The translations under genes and the position numbers were made by a program. From positions 20,522,001 to 20,586,000 of the forward strand of contig OZ210885.1 in assembly GCA_964658305.1 (NCBI GenBank): DNA of 64,000 nt, written 5' to 3'. Below, piece by piece: positions 12,879 to 23,939 of this stretch. Under the pieces are notes generated by a model. The model ran no database searches. It was not told the DNA's origin and was given only the letters and a program-made list of their open reading frames with translations. Source of the stretch: Leptogorgia sarmentosa. Taxonomy: Eukaryota. The stretch's first letter is position 1. Every line of letters starts with the position of its first letter.

Positions 12879-15800
12879 GTGGTTCTCGCTGAAACGGTAA
12901 CTGTTCTAGCTTGGAGTGAGATGATCCTCCCCTGTCGTCTGGAACAGGGAACTGTGCCTGCAGATATATGGGGAAGTGTGGGACCGAGTGAAAGACCTGA
13001 ACTACCGCAAGATGTCATTGTTGGTAGAACCTTGATTGATTTACGTCAGCCTAATTTAGCTGTTAGAACAATAAATCTGTCAACTGAGGAGAAGACGATT
13101 AAAAAGGGGGTAAGTGTGGCGACGTTCGAACCGGTTGAGTGTGTTACAACCCAAGAAGAGCATGTAGTCAGTGAGGAGAAGAATAATTCTGCAGTACCGG
13201 AACATCTGCACAACCTCTTCGAACAAAGTAAACTGGGCCTCGATGCTGAGCAGAAAGAAAAATTATGCATGTTACTTGCCGAGTTTGGTGATGTATTTTC
13301 CAAGGGTACTCATGACTTGGGTAAGACGTCCCTCACCACCCATAAAATTGATACTGGGACGGGCAAACCCATAAAACTACAACCAAGAAGATTACCAATA
13401 GCGAAGAAAGAGGAAGCCGATCAGATGGTCCAGGATATGTATAACCAAGGTGTGGTTGAACCATCAGGGAGTCCATGGAGCACTCCTGTGGTGTTAGTAA
13501 AGAAGAAGTATGGGACCTCCAGGTTTTGTGTAGACTACAGGAAGCTCAATGACATCACTAAGAAAGACTCCTATCCATTGCCCTGTGTTGATACTACGCT
13601 AGACGCTTTCAGTGGGTCCAATTGGTTCTCTACACTGGACATGAAATGTGGTTATTGGCAGGTAGACATGCAGAAAGAAGACCGTGAGAAAACAGCATTT
13701 TCACCAGGAAGAGGCCTTTGGCAATTTACGGTGATGCCATTTGGCCTTTGCAATGCGCCTGCTACGTTTGAAAGGCTGATGGAGTTAGTTTTGGCTGGAC
13801 TGCCGTGGAATGTCTGTTTGGTCTACTTCGACGACATACTGGTGCATGCAAAGACGTTCGATGAGGAAGTTACCCATTTGCGAGAAGTATTTGTTCGTCT
13901 ACGGAAAGCAAACCTGAAGCTAAACCTGAAGAAATGTGAGTTGTTTAGATCTGAAGTTCAGTATCTTGGACATGTGGTAACCCGTCAAGGAATTGCCACA
14001 GATTGTCGAAAGGTTGAAGCAGTGCGAAGCTGGCCTGTGCCGAAGAGCAAGAAGGAACTCAGAAGTTTCTTGGGACTTTGTACGTATTATCGCAGATTTG
14101 TCCAGTCATTTGCCGAGGTTGTCCGTCCACTGAACCGACTCACCCAGAAGGAAACTTCGTTTTCTTGGTCCGCAGAATGTAATGAAGCGTTCCTCAAATT
14201 GAAGGAACTTATGACGACTGCGCCGGTGCTGGCTTATCCTACATCCACTGGAATTTTCACTTTGGATACAGATGCTAGTGAAGCGAGTATAGGAGCTGTG
14301 TTGTCCCAGGAGCAAGGTACACAAAAGCGCGTTATTGCCTACTTTAGTAAAGCCCTGACCAAAAGCGAACAGAACTATTGCGTGACACGTAGGGAACTTT
14401 TAGCAGTCGTAAAGTCGGTTGAGAACTTCCGCTACTATCTTTATGGCCAACGATTCATGGTCCGAACAGACCATGCCTGCTTGCAGTGGCTGCTTAACTT
14501 TCGTCACCCGGAAGGTCAACTTGCTCGCTGGCTGGGAAAATTACAGGAATATGATTTTACAGTCTCTCATCGTCCGGGAAAGAGCCATGGCAATGCAGAC
14601 GCTTTATCCCGCCGACCTTGCTACGAGTTGCAATGCAAACCCTGCTTACGGTTGGAAGAAAAAGAGGAATTACAGAGGCAGGCAAATGATGAAGAAATCG
14701 CTGGTGTTGACATGTGTAGAACTGTTACTGGTGAATCAGACTGTAATATGTTCCATATCTGGAACAAGGAAGAATTAAAGAAGAAGCAGTATGAAGATCC
14801 TGATATACGACCCATTGCAACTTGGAAGTCTGAAGACACGAAACGACATGATTGGCAGGTAGTAGCACCTCTTAGTCGAACCACTAAAGTCTACTGGATC
14901 CAATGGGATTCTATCGAAATAATTGAAGGCTTGCTGTTTCGCAAGTGGGAAGAAACAGATGGTTCAAAAACGAGCTATCTTCTGTTGGCTCCGAAATCTA
15001 TACAAGATGGAAACTTACGTTGTCTTCATGATTCACCTACAGCTGGACACCTTGGTGTCAATAAGACAATGGCTCGCATCAGACAAAGATTCTATTGGTC
15101 TAACTCCCGTCGATCTGTGGAAGATTGGTGTAAGAAGTGTGAAAAATGTGGATCTAGAAAGAAGCAGTCCCGTAAAGCAAATGCTCCGTTGAAGCTATAT
15201 AATGTGGGTGCGCCGATGGAGAGAATAGCGATAGATGTACTAGGACCTCTCCCGAAATCCACGTCAGGCAACCAGTACATTTTAATTGTACAAGACTACT
15301 TCACAAAGTGGCCAGAAGCGTTCGCGCTGGAAGATCAACAAGCTTATACAGTAGCAGATGTGTTAGTTAACCATGTTTTTACCCGTTTTGGTATCCCATG
15401 TGAAATACACTCTGACCAAGGCAGGAACTTTGAGTCAGCTGTTTTTAAGGAAGTATGTTCTACTTTGGGGATTCAAAAAACACGGACGACGCCTTACCAC
15501 CCACAATCGGACGGAATGGTGGAAAGGTTTAATCGATCAATCGAGGATGGAATGGCTATGTTTGTGAACGAACATCACACGGATTGGGATAAGCACTTAC
15601 CATTGCTGCTAATGGCCTATAGGACAGCCGTTCATGAAACGACGAAAGTCACGCCATCTCGAATGATGTTTGGACGAGAGCTAAAGTTACCTTTAGACCT
15701 TTGGGCTGGGCACCCGGAGGACTTAGAACTACCCAGGGATAGCACCGAATACGTGAGAGACCTCCGAGAAAAATTGGACGAAGTTCACCAATTTGCTCGA

Positions 15801-16286
15801 AAGAACATTGACATCAGTAGTCATGCGATGAAACAACGCTACGATGTAAATGCCTTGAAAGTGATATACAAGGAAGGAGAGGGAGTATGGCTTCACAACC
15901 CACAAAGGCGAAAAGGAAGATCTCCAAAGCTTAGTCGAAACTGGGAAGGCCCCTTTGTTGTCATCAAGCGTTTAAATGATGTTGTCGTACGGATACAAAG
16001 AGGACCAAGAGCAAAGCCTAAAGTCATCCATGTTAACCGTCTTAAGCCATACCATGGACGAGAACCTATAGATTGGTATTCTCGAATAACCGTCCAGGGA
16101 CCAAGACCTGCTGTTGAAGAAACTGAGCCAATTCAGCCAACGCCACCAGTGTCTTCCTCAAGCCATAAGGATATCACTCGTTCGCAGACGAGCACGTCAG
16201 TGGTGGATACTAACTCTGAACTTAAGACTGTACCTTTGCGACGCAGTAAAAGGACAAGGAGAGCACCGGAACGACTAAAACCATAG
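12879..16286 (+). CDS. Gypsy B pol (RT, RNase H, integrase), open frame, no protease motif
   Basis: 1135-aa ORF with YFDD, DTDAS, HDSPTAGH...CEKC, DYFTKW, SDQGRNF, ERFNR and WEGPF. Confidence 0.93.
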   Translation: MVLAETVTVLAWSEMILPCRLEQGTVPADIWGSVGPSERPELPQDVIVGRTLIDLRQPNLAVRTINLSTEEKTIKKGVSVATFEPVECVTTQEEHVVSEEKNNSAVPEHLHNLFEQSKLGLDAEQKEKLCMLLAEFGDVFSKGTHDLGKTSLTTHKIDTGTGKPIKLQPRRLPIAKKEEADQMVQDMYNQGVVEPSGSPWSTPVVLVKKKYGTSRFCVDYRKLNDITKKDSYPLPCVDTTLDAFSGSNWFSTLDMKCGYWQVDMQKEDREKTAFSPGRGLWQFTVMPFGLCNAPATFERLMELVLAGLPWNVCLVYFDDILVHAKTFDEEVTHLREVFVRLRKANLKLNLKKCELFRSEVQYLGHVVTRQGIATDCRKVEAVRSWPVPKSKKELRSFLGLCTYYRRFVQSFAEVVRPLNRLTQKETSFSWSAECNEAFLKLKELMTTAPVLAYPTSTGIFTLDTDASEASIGAVLSQEQGTQKRVIAYFSKALTKSEQNYCVTRRELLAVVKSVENFRYYLYGQRFMVRTDHACLQWLLNFRHPEGQLARWLGKLQEYDFTVSHRPGKSHGNADALSRRPCYELQCKPCLRLEEKEELQRQANDEEIAGVDMCRTVTGESDCNMFHIWNKEELKKKQYEDPDIRPIATWKSEDTKRHDWQVVAPLSRTTKVYWIQWDSIEIIEGLLFRKWEETDGSKTSYLLLAPKSIQDGNLRCLHDSPTAGHLGVNKTMARIRQRFYWSNSRRSVEDWCKKCEKCGSRKKQSRKANAPLKLYNVGAPMERIAIDVLGPLPKSTSGNQYILIVQDYFTKWPEAFALEDQQAYTVADVLVNHVFTRFGIPCEIHSDQGRNFESAVFKEVCSTLGIQKTRTTPYHPQSDGMVERFNRSIEDGMAMFVNEHHTDWDKHLPLLLMAYRTAVHETTKVTPSRMMFGRELKLPLDLWAGHPEDLELPRDSTEYVRDLREKLDEVHQFARKNIDISSHAMKQRYDVNALKVIYKEGEGVWLHNPQRRKGRSPKLSRNWEGPFVVIKRLNDVVVRIQRGPRAKPKVIHVNRLKPYHGREPIDWYSRITVQGPRPAVEETEPIQPTPPVSSSSHKDITRSQTSTSVVDTNSELKTVPLRRSKRTRRAPERLKP

Positions 16287-17280
16287 CAATGGTAACATTA
16301 TGAAATTAAAACACCTAAGCTCGGGATAACTTATATCTTAAGAGGGGAGGAGTGTTGTGTAATCAAATTTAAATAATTAATTATGTGTATATATAAAGTA
16401 GATTTTCTTCAGTAAAGCTCTCATTTTTTTCATATTCGCAATGATAGTCGTCTTCCCGCTGATCAACCCGTAACAGTACAATTGCTTGCAACAAGTACAT
16501 TTTTTATATATTTGGCATTTTAGACATGCACTTGCAAGTCTGCACTTCAATGAGAATATACACCGTGATTGTAAAAAGTCAAAGGAAGGCGGGGAATACT
16601 TCAGAGTGACATATCCCAAATTTAAACTTGGGGAGAAAGTTGTAAGAGGAGTGCCTGTGCCACCTACATATGGTAAGATATATCGTTTGATATGACTAAC
16701 ATGTATGTACTGTATAAGACAGTATCTAATGCTGACACTGAATGAGGTTTTTTTCTTGTTATTAACTGTCAGTCTGGTATTATACCTGCTGTATTCTGTA
16801 GTTATATTTTAGATTATGTGGATTGCATAAAGAAAGTTATGTTTGAAACACAACAGGAAGATCTGGAAAAGGTGTACAAGTTTTATTGCAGCAAGAAACC
16901 CCAGCCACTCAATACTCAATTTCCAGATCGTGTTGGAAAGGAGGAAGCTGTAAAGAAGTTCATTGACCGGTGTGAAAAGAATAATACAACTGAACTTTCA
17001 CCCCCAAGTAAGAAAATTGTGCTGTTTTTTTTTTGCTTTTGAGGCAGTGAAAATAACACACAATACCTAATAACATTCCTTTTTTTCGTTTGCTAGTTGC
17101 TGAACAAAATACCTTGCAGCAACAAATGACTGTGGTGGAATGAGAAAACAAAGGCATTGCAAAACGTGCAAAAAACCAATGAAAGGCCATCCCAGAGGAA
17201 GCTGTCAGAGAATATGATTAGCAACAAGCAGATTATAGACAAACTCATCATTTACAATTTAGTTACTATATGTTTTTTTC

Positions 17281-18582
17281 CTATACCATCACATCAACGA
17301 GAAAACACTTTTCCTGCCAAGTTTTAGTTTGTTGCATCTTTATAGCCATTTGTTATAGAGGAATTGTATTTATCTCAAATATTGTGATAGATGCATGCAG
17401 AGAGTGGCCTAGTATTCTCCCATCCTATATACCCGCAAAGCCACCTGATGATCCACCTGTAAGCTGTTGCTCTGATAAATCTAAAAACACAGAACAAGGT
17501 TGACTGTTTCAGAACAATCCTCAGATCTAAAATTATACAAAAAATATTATCATTCACAAAGTTGTATCGTATATTGTATTGTATGAAAAATCTGTTGTCT
17601 TGAGTGGGATTCAAATTACCATGTCTGGTTTTCTAGACTGCCTCAGTCTGCACTTGCTCCAGTACTTGCTGAGCTATAAAGGGGGCTGTTATGTTTTTGT
17701 TCACACTAATATTTGTTCTTCATGGCTTGTAGGCCCTTTTTACAATGCAGTCAAGCTCATATAACACATGTTACTGAACTTCTGGGGGGGGGGGGGGGGG
17801 TGGTGGATGGCCTTCAATCTCCAAGTAAAAGTACAGTGCATTAATCTCCAAGTGAAGTACAGTGCATGTGTTTATAAATATCAAACATACAGTATACTAA
17901 CTCATTTTCCGACACTCCAGTTATCTTTTTGTATTTACTTCCATCTCTGTGCTTTAATAAAGGGCCAACTTGAAGTAACACTGCACGATTAGTCATAGTT
18001 CCATAGTCCTCATGCTCTGTGATACAATTAATCTTTTCAATAGAGCCATCAAAGGCCATGTTCCCTAGCACATCAACAACTTCTCGACAGCAGCGAAATT
18101 CCAGAGCCCCCACCTAATTTTCACTATGACAATGTTGGCATTTACACCTGTTTGTATATAAAGCAATGTGTATGACAATCCGAGTATAAATTTGATTAAA
18201 AATAATTAATAACGGCACATACTACATAGTCAGATTGAAAATGATCGATAATATTAGTAATATATTTTCACAAAAAATATATATGAAAATGTATATTTTC
18301 ATAAAAAATACAGCTCAAAACTTACCAGGATTCAACTGATACAGTGTTTTCATATCGTGCTTCCAAAACTGAAGGTGTAAGACCATCGATATCGGCATGT
18401 TCATCTGGTAGATCGCTTTCAGTTTGCTCATTGCTGTCTTCACGTTCGTCAGCAAGTGGTTCGTCCTGGTACGGTGCGTATGTTTGACTGCTGAAAACTT
18501 CATAGTTCTCGTCATTATCGCTAGAGCTATCTTGGATAGAGGACGCAACTGATTCACTGGTTTCTGAATCTCTAGACATCAT
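17281..18582 (-). pseudogene. KolX, the Kolobok accessory protein (P2X7 cytoplasmic-domain-like); three exons, two premature stops
   Basis: Exons 18582-18326, 18147-17902 and 17480-~17281 with GT-AG junctions give PYQDEP...WCKCQHC...EFRCCRE...CITEHEDY...FIRATAYRWIIRWLCGYIGWENTRPLSACIYHNI. Confidence 0.8.
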
Positions 18583-19951
18583 CAAAAGTCGATTGGGTCG
18601 CAATGATTTTGAGTCTTTTGACGTACTGATTCGAACGAAATAATATAATCAACCAGCAAGAATTGTTGTTGTGCAACCAACGTGACGTCACTGTTCACTC
18701 AAAAATCCAAAATTCGCCCCAGTCTTTCGGACACATTTTTGTCATAAAAGTCGACGATTTTGTGCTTAAAAACCAGACTTTTTGGTACTTTTCGAAAAAA
18801 ATCGCTCGTTTATGTTTTATACATATATTGAACTAAACATATATGGAAAAAAAAAATTTGTGTCATATGCACTTTAAGAAAGAACTAACAGACATACAAA
18901 CGTCAACAAACACAAGGTTACAACAAGCGACATGGAGCAACATGTTTGTCTGACCTGAGTCCTGGAGAAACAGTTTGGTTGCCAGAAATGAGTTCTCCAG
19001 CAGTTGTTGTTTCCAAGTCACCCGAACCTAGATCATATATAGTGCAAACGGAAAAAGGCCAGATGAGAAGAAATAGACGACAAGTTGTACCCAGTCCAAA
19101 GGAACCAGTTATGAGAGAGTCACAACCTATACAATTTCTGTCTGAGAACATTTCCTGTCCCAATAGTACGTCCGACAATGTCGTGAGAACTCGTTCAGGA
19201 CGTGTTGTTGTCCCGCCTAATAGACTCAATTTGTGAACTTATACGATTGAGGAAGTCGAACCGAAACAATATTAATTTAGCAATTAGAAACAATTATATA
19301 AGAATTATAGAATAGTAAGAACACTTAGGTTTAAATTAGAAAAAGAAAAAAAAATGTATTTAGAATTAAGCAATTTAGTGACACTTAAGAGATATAAACA
19401 TATTTATCTTCGAAAAGGAGATGTGTGGTCATTTGTAAGTTAATTGTTTACTACATATGATAATTAGGTGTTATTGTAATGACTATAAAAGGCATGGTTG
19501 AACATGTAGAAAGAGGGTTCTGAAATATGTAGATCGAAGACTTTACAGCCATGATGCTGGGATGTTAAAAGATTCTGGCCTACTATGTTCCTTGGAGCTT
19601 CATGCCCATAATCCAGATGGGCAACCCCTTTGTTTGTATGGAGACCCAGCTTATCCACTTCGTCCACAGTTAATGGCCCCCTGCTGTGAGGGTGATGTGC
19701 AAGTACTAACAAAGGATATGAAAGAATTTAATCGAGCAATGAGCTCCCTCCGAGTTTCTGTAGAGTGGTTGTTTGGTGATGTTGCAAACAGCTTTAAATT
19801 TATCGATTTCAAGAAAAATTTTAAATTACGGCTTAGTGCAGTTGGCAAATTTTATGTTGTTGCCGCATTGATGAGAAACATATTAACATGTCTCTATGGG
19901 AACACTACTTCAAAGTACTTTCACATTGATCCACCAACCATCGACTCTTAC

Positions 19952-20609
19952 CATAGGTAGCCCAACGCACGCATGACGTAACATTCAGTAGTATAATATG
20001 ACAAGGTTGGCAAGTAAACAATAATATGACTTGCTACCGCTTAAAACAAGGCGAAAAATCAACCTCTTGCGAACAAACTTCGCTAAAAAATAGCAGCCCC
20101 TAATTCTAGGATATTACTAAATATGCACAACGGTTTTTGCCAACAAAACGTGTGAAAAAGTCGAAAAAATATGAAAAGTTTCTTTTAATTTGCCGTGTCT
20201 CGATGCTGGATGCCTGTTGCCGTGCAAAAATTGCCGTTTGAAATGACGAATACGCGATCCTATTGGTTATAAATAAACCGACAAAACAGCCCACCAATAG
20301 GATTGCGTATTCGTTATTTCAAACGGCAATTTTTGCACGGCAACAGGCATCCAGCATCGAGACACGGCAAATTAAGAGAAACTTTTCGTATTTTTTCGAC
20401 TTTTTCACATGTTTTGTTGCCAAAAAACGTTGTATATATTTAGTAATATCCTAGAATTAGGGGCTGCTATTTTTTAGCGAAGTTTGTTCGTAAGAGGTTG
20501 ATTTTTTCGCCTTGTTTTAAGCGGTAGTGAGTCATATTATTGTTTACTTGCCAACCTTGTCATATTATACTACTGAATGTTACGTCATGCGTGCGTTGGG
20601 CTACCTATG
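19952..20609. mobile_element. Foldback MITE with CATAG termini and a 7-bp TSD (P-superfamily-like)
   Basis: 658-bp palindrome; CTCTTAC at 19945-19951 and 20610-20616. Confidence 0.85.
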
Positions 20610-20935
20610 CTCTTACTTAGGACCTGTGCATGATTAGGAGTTACATAGGAGTAGGAGGTAAATAAACATGTAAATCACAATGGCAAAGCTAAGGTAACTG
20701 CTATGATAAAACGTCTGCATTTCTAAACGTTTGAAACTTTTAATAATTCAAATACAGTATTATAAATATGTATAGCAGGACTAATGCTATATAGCTTTGG
20801 TACTGATTGCATAATATAAAAAAGCACACAATTAACAAGAATGTCTGTAACAAGACAGATGAAAAATGTTCTTCAACTTAAAAACCCAAACACTATTGAC
20901 ATTTAATGTCATGATCACTTCATATAAAATATATG

Positions 20936-21670
20936 TCACTTTGATAGTTTTCCAATGACAGCAACAAATAAATCTTGTGTGTTTTTTTGTGTTTCCATCA
21001 TTTGCTGTAACTGTAGTTGTTGCAACTGAAATTGCTGCTTCTGTTGTTCAGCTTTAAGTTGTAGTTCTTGTCTTCTGATTTCTAACTCTTCTCTCTTCAG
21101 CTCATTTTCATTTGTTGTTTTCTGAACTAAATATTGAATGGGGTCTGCACAACTTCTTCTTTTCCTTTTCCTTGCAGGTTTAGGCTTCTCTCCCATATTT
21201 TCATCATCACTACCTTCTTCATCTTCAACATGCTCATCCTCACCACATTGATCTGCCTTCTTCCAAGTTGTCATTGCAATTTCTCTGGTAGCGAGCGCTT
21301 CCTTTCTCTTTTTTTTCTTCATTTTGGGAGTCAACAGCTGGATTCTTCATCGGAGTTGATTCCAACATGTCGATAATTTCTTCTAATATTTCTTCACTTT
21401 CAGTTGGTGGGTCTGGGGTAATACCTGAAGCTTTTTCTTCCATGGACTTCTTTCTTTTGTAGTTTCCTATTAACTTATTGTATTGATCTCGAACACTACG
21501 TTGATCTCGGGGCATGTCATGAAACAAATCAAAACAATTAAGATTGTTGGCAACTAATGTCCACATTTGTCCTCCTTCTTTACTTCCAGCCTTGTATAAG
21601 AAAGGTTCTGACACATAAACTTCACACAGAAGTAAGGTGTTCCTTTCTTTGCTCCAGCGAAAGGGCCCCC
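20936..21670 (-). pseudogene. Harbinger Myb/SANT-like DNA-binding protein (frameshift near 21330)
   Basis: FRWSKERNTLLLCEV...W..VANNLN...RSVRDQYNKL...EEKASG followed by an acidic/basic region and a Q-rich coiled coil. Confidence 0.8.
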
Positions 21671-22067
21671 TAAAAACAAGGCATAATATATTGTGTTTTA
21701 ATTTAAATAAATATATATTACAGACCATAACATGTTTTTACTGTATATATCTAACATAAATTTTACAGGCACTTAAAGGAGCATGCTAGCTTGAATCTGG
21801 ATATAAGAACATACCTATATCAATCAGGGTGGGTATATACATGTACATGAGAGTAAATATCCAATGTGTTTTCTTTTATGTTAGGTAACCTGAATAGCAA
21901 AATCTTGCAAACATAATACATTCATAGGGCTTGTCTCCAGTATGTGTTATTTATACCATGTTCTGAGCTCAGTCAATACAACTTTGTTTTCATAAAAGAC
22001 TTCTTATACAGTGTATTAATTTATGTGTGTTTATACTGTAGTATGTCACAGCTTTATAATATGAAAA

Positions 22068-22514
22068 TAATAAATATATGTTATTGACTGAGTGTGAGGT
22101 CCGTACTGGAGGATACTGCACGGTCGAGTTCTTTTCTCGCTTATAAAAGCGAGAAAAGAACGAGACCGTGCAGTATCCTCCAGTACGGATCGAACAAACT
22201 CAATCAATAAGCTATTTATTATATGGCAAAAGATAAACAAAACTTGTTTACAACAATTCAACACTATGAACAAAGCCGGTAAACGGCTAATTAATATAAG
22301 AACAGTTGAAGAAGTTCGCTAAGAATTGTTCTCTAAAATGTTATTGGCTACCAAAAAAGAACAAAATGTTGAAACAAAAAAAGAACAGACTGTTCAAACA
22401 TGTTTTTAATTTCTTTCGTCTTCGTTGTCGCTTGATTCAATAAACAACCTCAGGAACCAATCAGAGCTCTGTATTTTAGCAGACGGACCGCTCAGAACAC
22501 TTGCCATATAATAA
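22068..22514. repeat. Non-autonomous element with two pairs of inverted repeats (possibly Crypton-related)
   Basis: Hairpin 22081-22210 (CCGTACTGGAGGATACTGCACGGTC and its reverse complement); TTATTATATGGCAA at about 22216 versus TTGCCATATAATAA at 22501-22514. Confidence 0.5.
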
Positions 22515-23185
22515 TATATATTATCATACAACATTGCTTGACCAAATGAATGTCATTTGCTTATTCTTCGCTATTAACAAAACCACACATTTCTATGATA
22601 ACACAAACAAAAAATAGCCATAAAATTCCACGTCCTAAATACAATTTAGTCATGCTTTTATATCTTTATACCTGCAATTATTCAAAACTTCACCTTGTCC
22701 CTGACCCTTGTCCTTTTCACTAAAACCATTCAAAGCAAAACACATAATGAGCTGGGGGTTTATAATAATGTGACGATGTTAATAATATTAATTAAAACAA
22801 AAAAATAACATAATCCAGCATAAAACTACATTTATACGTTAGAAAAATCGGGCACAGGATGACAAAAAACATACCTGTTTTTTTCCATATTAGTTTCCTG
22901 TATTACTATATTTGTGGACGTCGTTTGAGCTGTTAAAATAATATAACATGGATCACTTTGAACACTGTGTTTGAACAAAATACAGTTTAAACAAAAGATA
23001 TATAGTGCAATTTTACTTACGTACTGAAGACTACGTAAAAAACCTGGAAAACCGTCGTAGCCAGCGGGAACACAACGAACAACGTATTTATGCTCGAACT
23101 TGTGCATGCGCAAAGGACCTATACCCAGTTCTCTTCCGTCCTCTTTCGTTGTTCGTTGTCCGTAGTCGCCAATCTTAAAGACCCT

Positions 23186-23655
23186 ATTATGTCTCAGCAA
23201 AGTGCCTTGACGTCCAACATGGCAGGTCAGCAAGGAATTGTAATATCCAATGTCGAATCGCATAGTGTCACACCCGCCATACAAACTCAATATACAATTC
23301 CAGCTAGACATAAGCCTAATCCTGGATCGTTCATATTTGTAAAATTGGCATTCCTTGACCCCCGAGTATTGCGTTGCTATGGTTGTGGCGACCAATTAAA
23401 GCTGGGGTTAATTTGCCATCTCCACCTAATGACCTGGTTATGACAACACGACTGCACCGAAGGTATTACAAAGAGGGACAGTTGCAAGTTTCATCAGAGG
23501 TTAAGCCAGTGTATCTTCATGTCAGATCATATTGTGCTCGATCAGCCTACAAACATTTCAACGCAGCATTTTGCCATTTACCGGACGATCTAAGGCCACA
23601 CCTTCTGAAAGAGCACTATGATTTGATACATCAAGGACTAGGTATCAAGCTCTGA
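23186..23655 (+). pseudogene. MULE-like transposase, C-terminal Cys/His region
   Basis: FIFVKL...RCYGCG...PSPPNDLV...VYLHVRSYC...HLLKEHYDLI (frameshifted) starts right after the Harbinger terminus. Confidence 0.5.
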
Positions 23656-23939
23656 CAGTTATTTAGTAATATATATACAATACATATAACATTTTTTTTT
23701 TTTTTTTAACATATCGTTGGGTTGATATATTTCAAAGCTTATCGATTTATTCCACGAGGAACTTCTAATTATGGGTAATTGAACAGGGGTCGGTTGTATG
23801 AAAGGCGTTTGGCTTAAAGTGTGTATAGGCAAAAAATAAAAACATTACTATTCTCAATATACATATATTGTAAATACCTGAACTTAACTGAGTTCAGTTC
23901 CTAAACTTTCGAACTTTCCTAGAAAATAATAAATACCTG

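Larger units (their letters stand above)
11415..16493 (+). mobile_element. Gypsy/Ty3 LTR retrotransposon B (5' LTR lost; left boundary approximate)
   Basis: gag, pol, PPT AAGAGGGGAGGAG (about 16340-16352) and 3' LTR 16353-16493 (TGTTG...CAACA). Confidence 0.85.
10429..17215 (+). pseudogene. Kolobok transposase: THAP domain (10429-11044) and C-terminal exons (about 16521-17215); core missing
   Basis: YCVAG...SCTN...MHQFP...WVKFVQRHR...LCSAHFE...DAVPT THAP motif; HALASLHFNEN...VPPTY C-terminal motif. Confidence 0.8.
10214..18873 (+). mobile_element. Kolobok DNA transposon (THAP transposase plus KolX), TTAA TSD
   Basis: TIR AGTGCATATGACAC at both ends; TTAA at 10210-10213 and 18874-18877; two convergent genes. 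Confidence 0.9.
7666..19547 (+). mobile_element. Gypsy/Ty3 LTR retrotransposon A (gag deleted), 5-bp TSD GCCAT
   Basis: 5' LTR 7666-~7775 (truncated), 3' LTR 19422-19547 (TG...CA), PPT GAAAAGGAGA 19412-19421, GCCAT at 7661-7665 and 19548-19552. Confidence 0.92.
6787..20637 (+). pseudogene. Harbinger (HARBI1-like, DDE_Tnp_4) transposase split by an LTR element and a MITE
   Basis: Exon 6787-7085, intron 7086-7292, exon 7293-7665 (RLAYPCRY, GFVDGT, YNGHKRVHALKFQ, GPVEGRRH). Resumes at 19553 (DAGML, YGDPAY, RVSVEWLFG) and ends LGPVHD* at 20637 after the MITE. Confidence 0.9.
5881..23185 (+). mobile_element. Harbinger-type transposon (transposase plus convergent Myb/SANT gene) carrying nested insertions; left boundary approximate
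   Basis: Right terminus ...CGTAGTCGCCAATCTTAAAGACCCT at 23185. Transposase at 6787-20637 (+) and Myb gene at 20936-21670 (-). No left TIR found. Confidence 0.7.

Noticed and set aside
17281..18582. Host P2X7 receptor gene
   Set aside because: No transmembrane or ectodomain sequence; lies within Kolobok TIRs and has stops.
10214..18873. KolobokP with long terminal direct repeats
   Set aside because: The two ends share only short inverted repeats; I see no long direct repeat.
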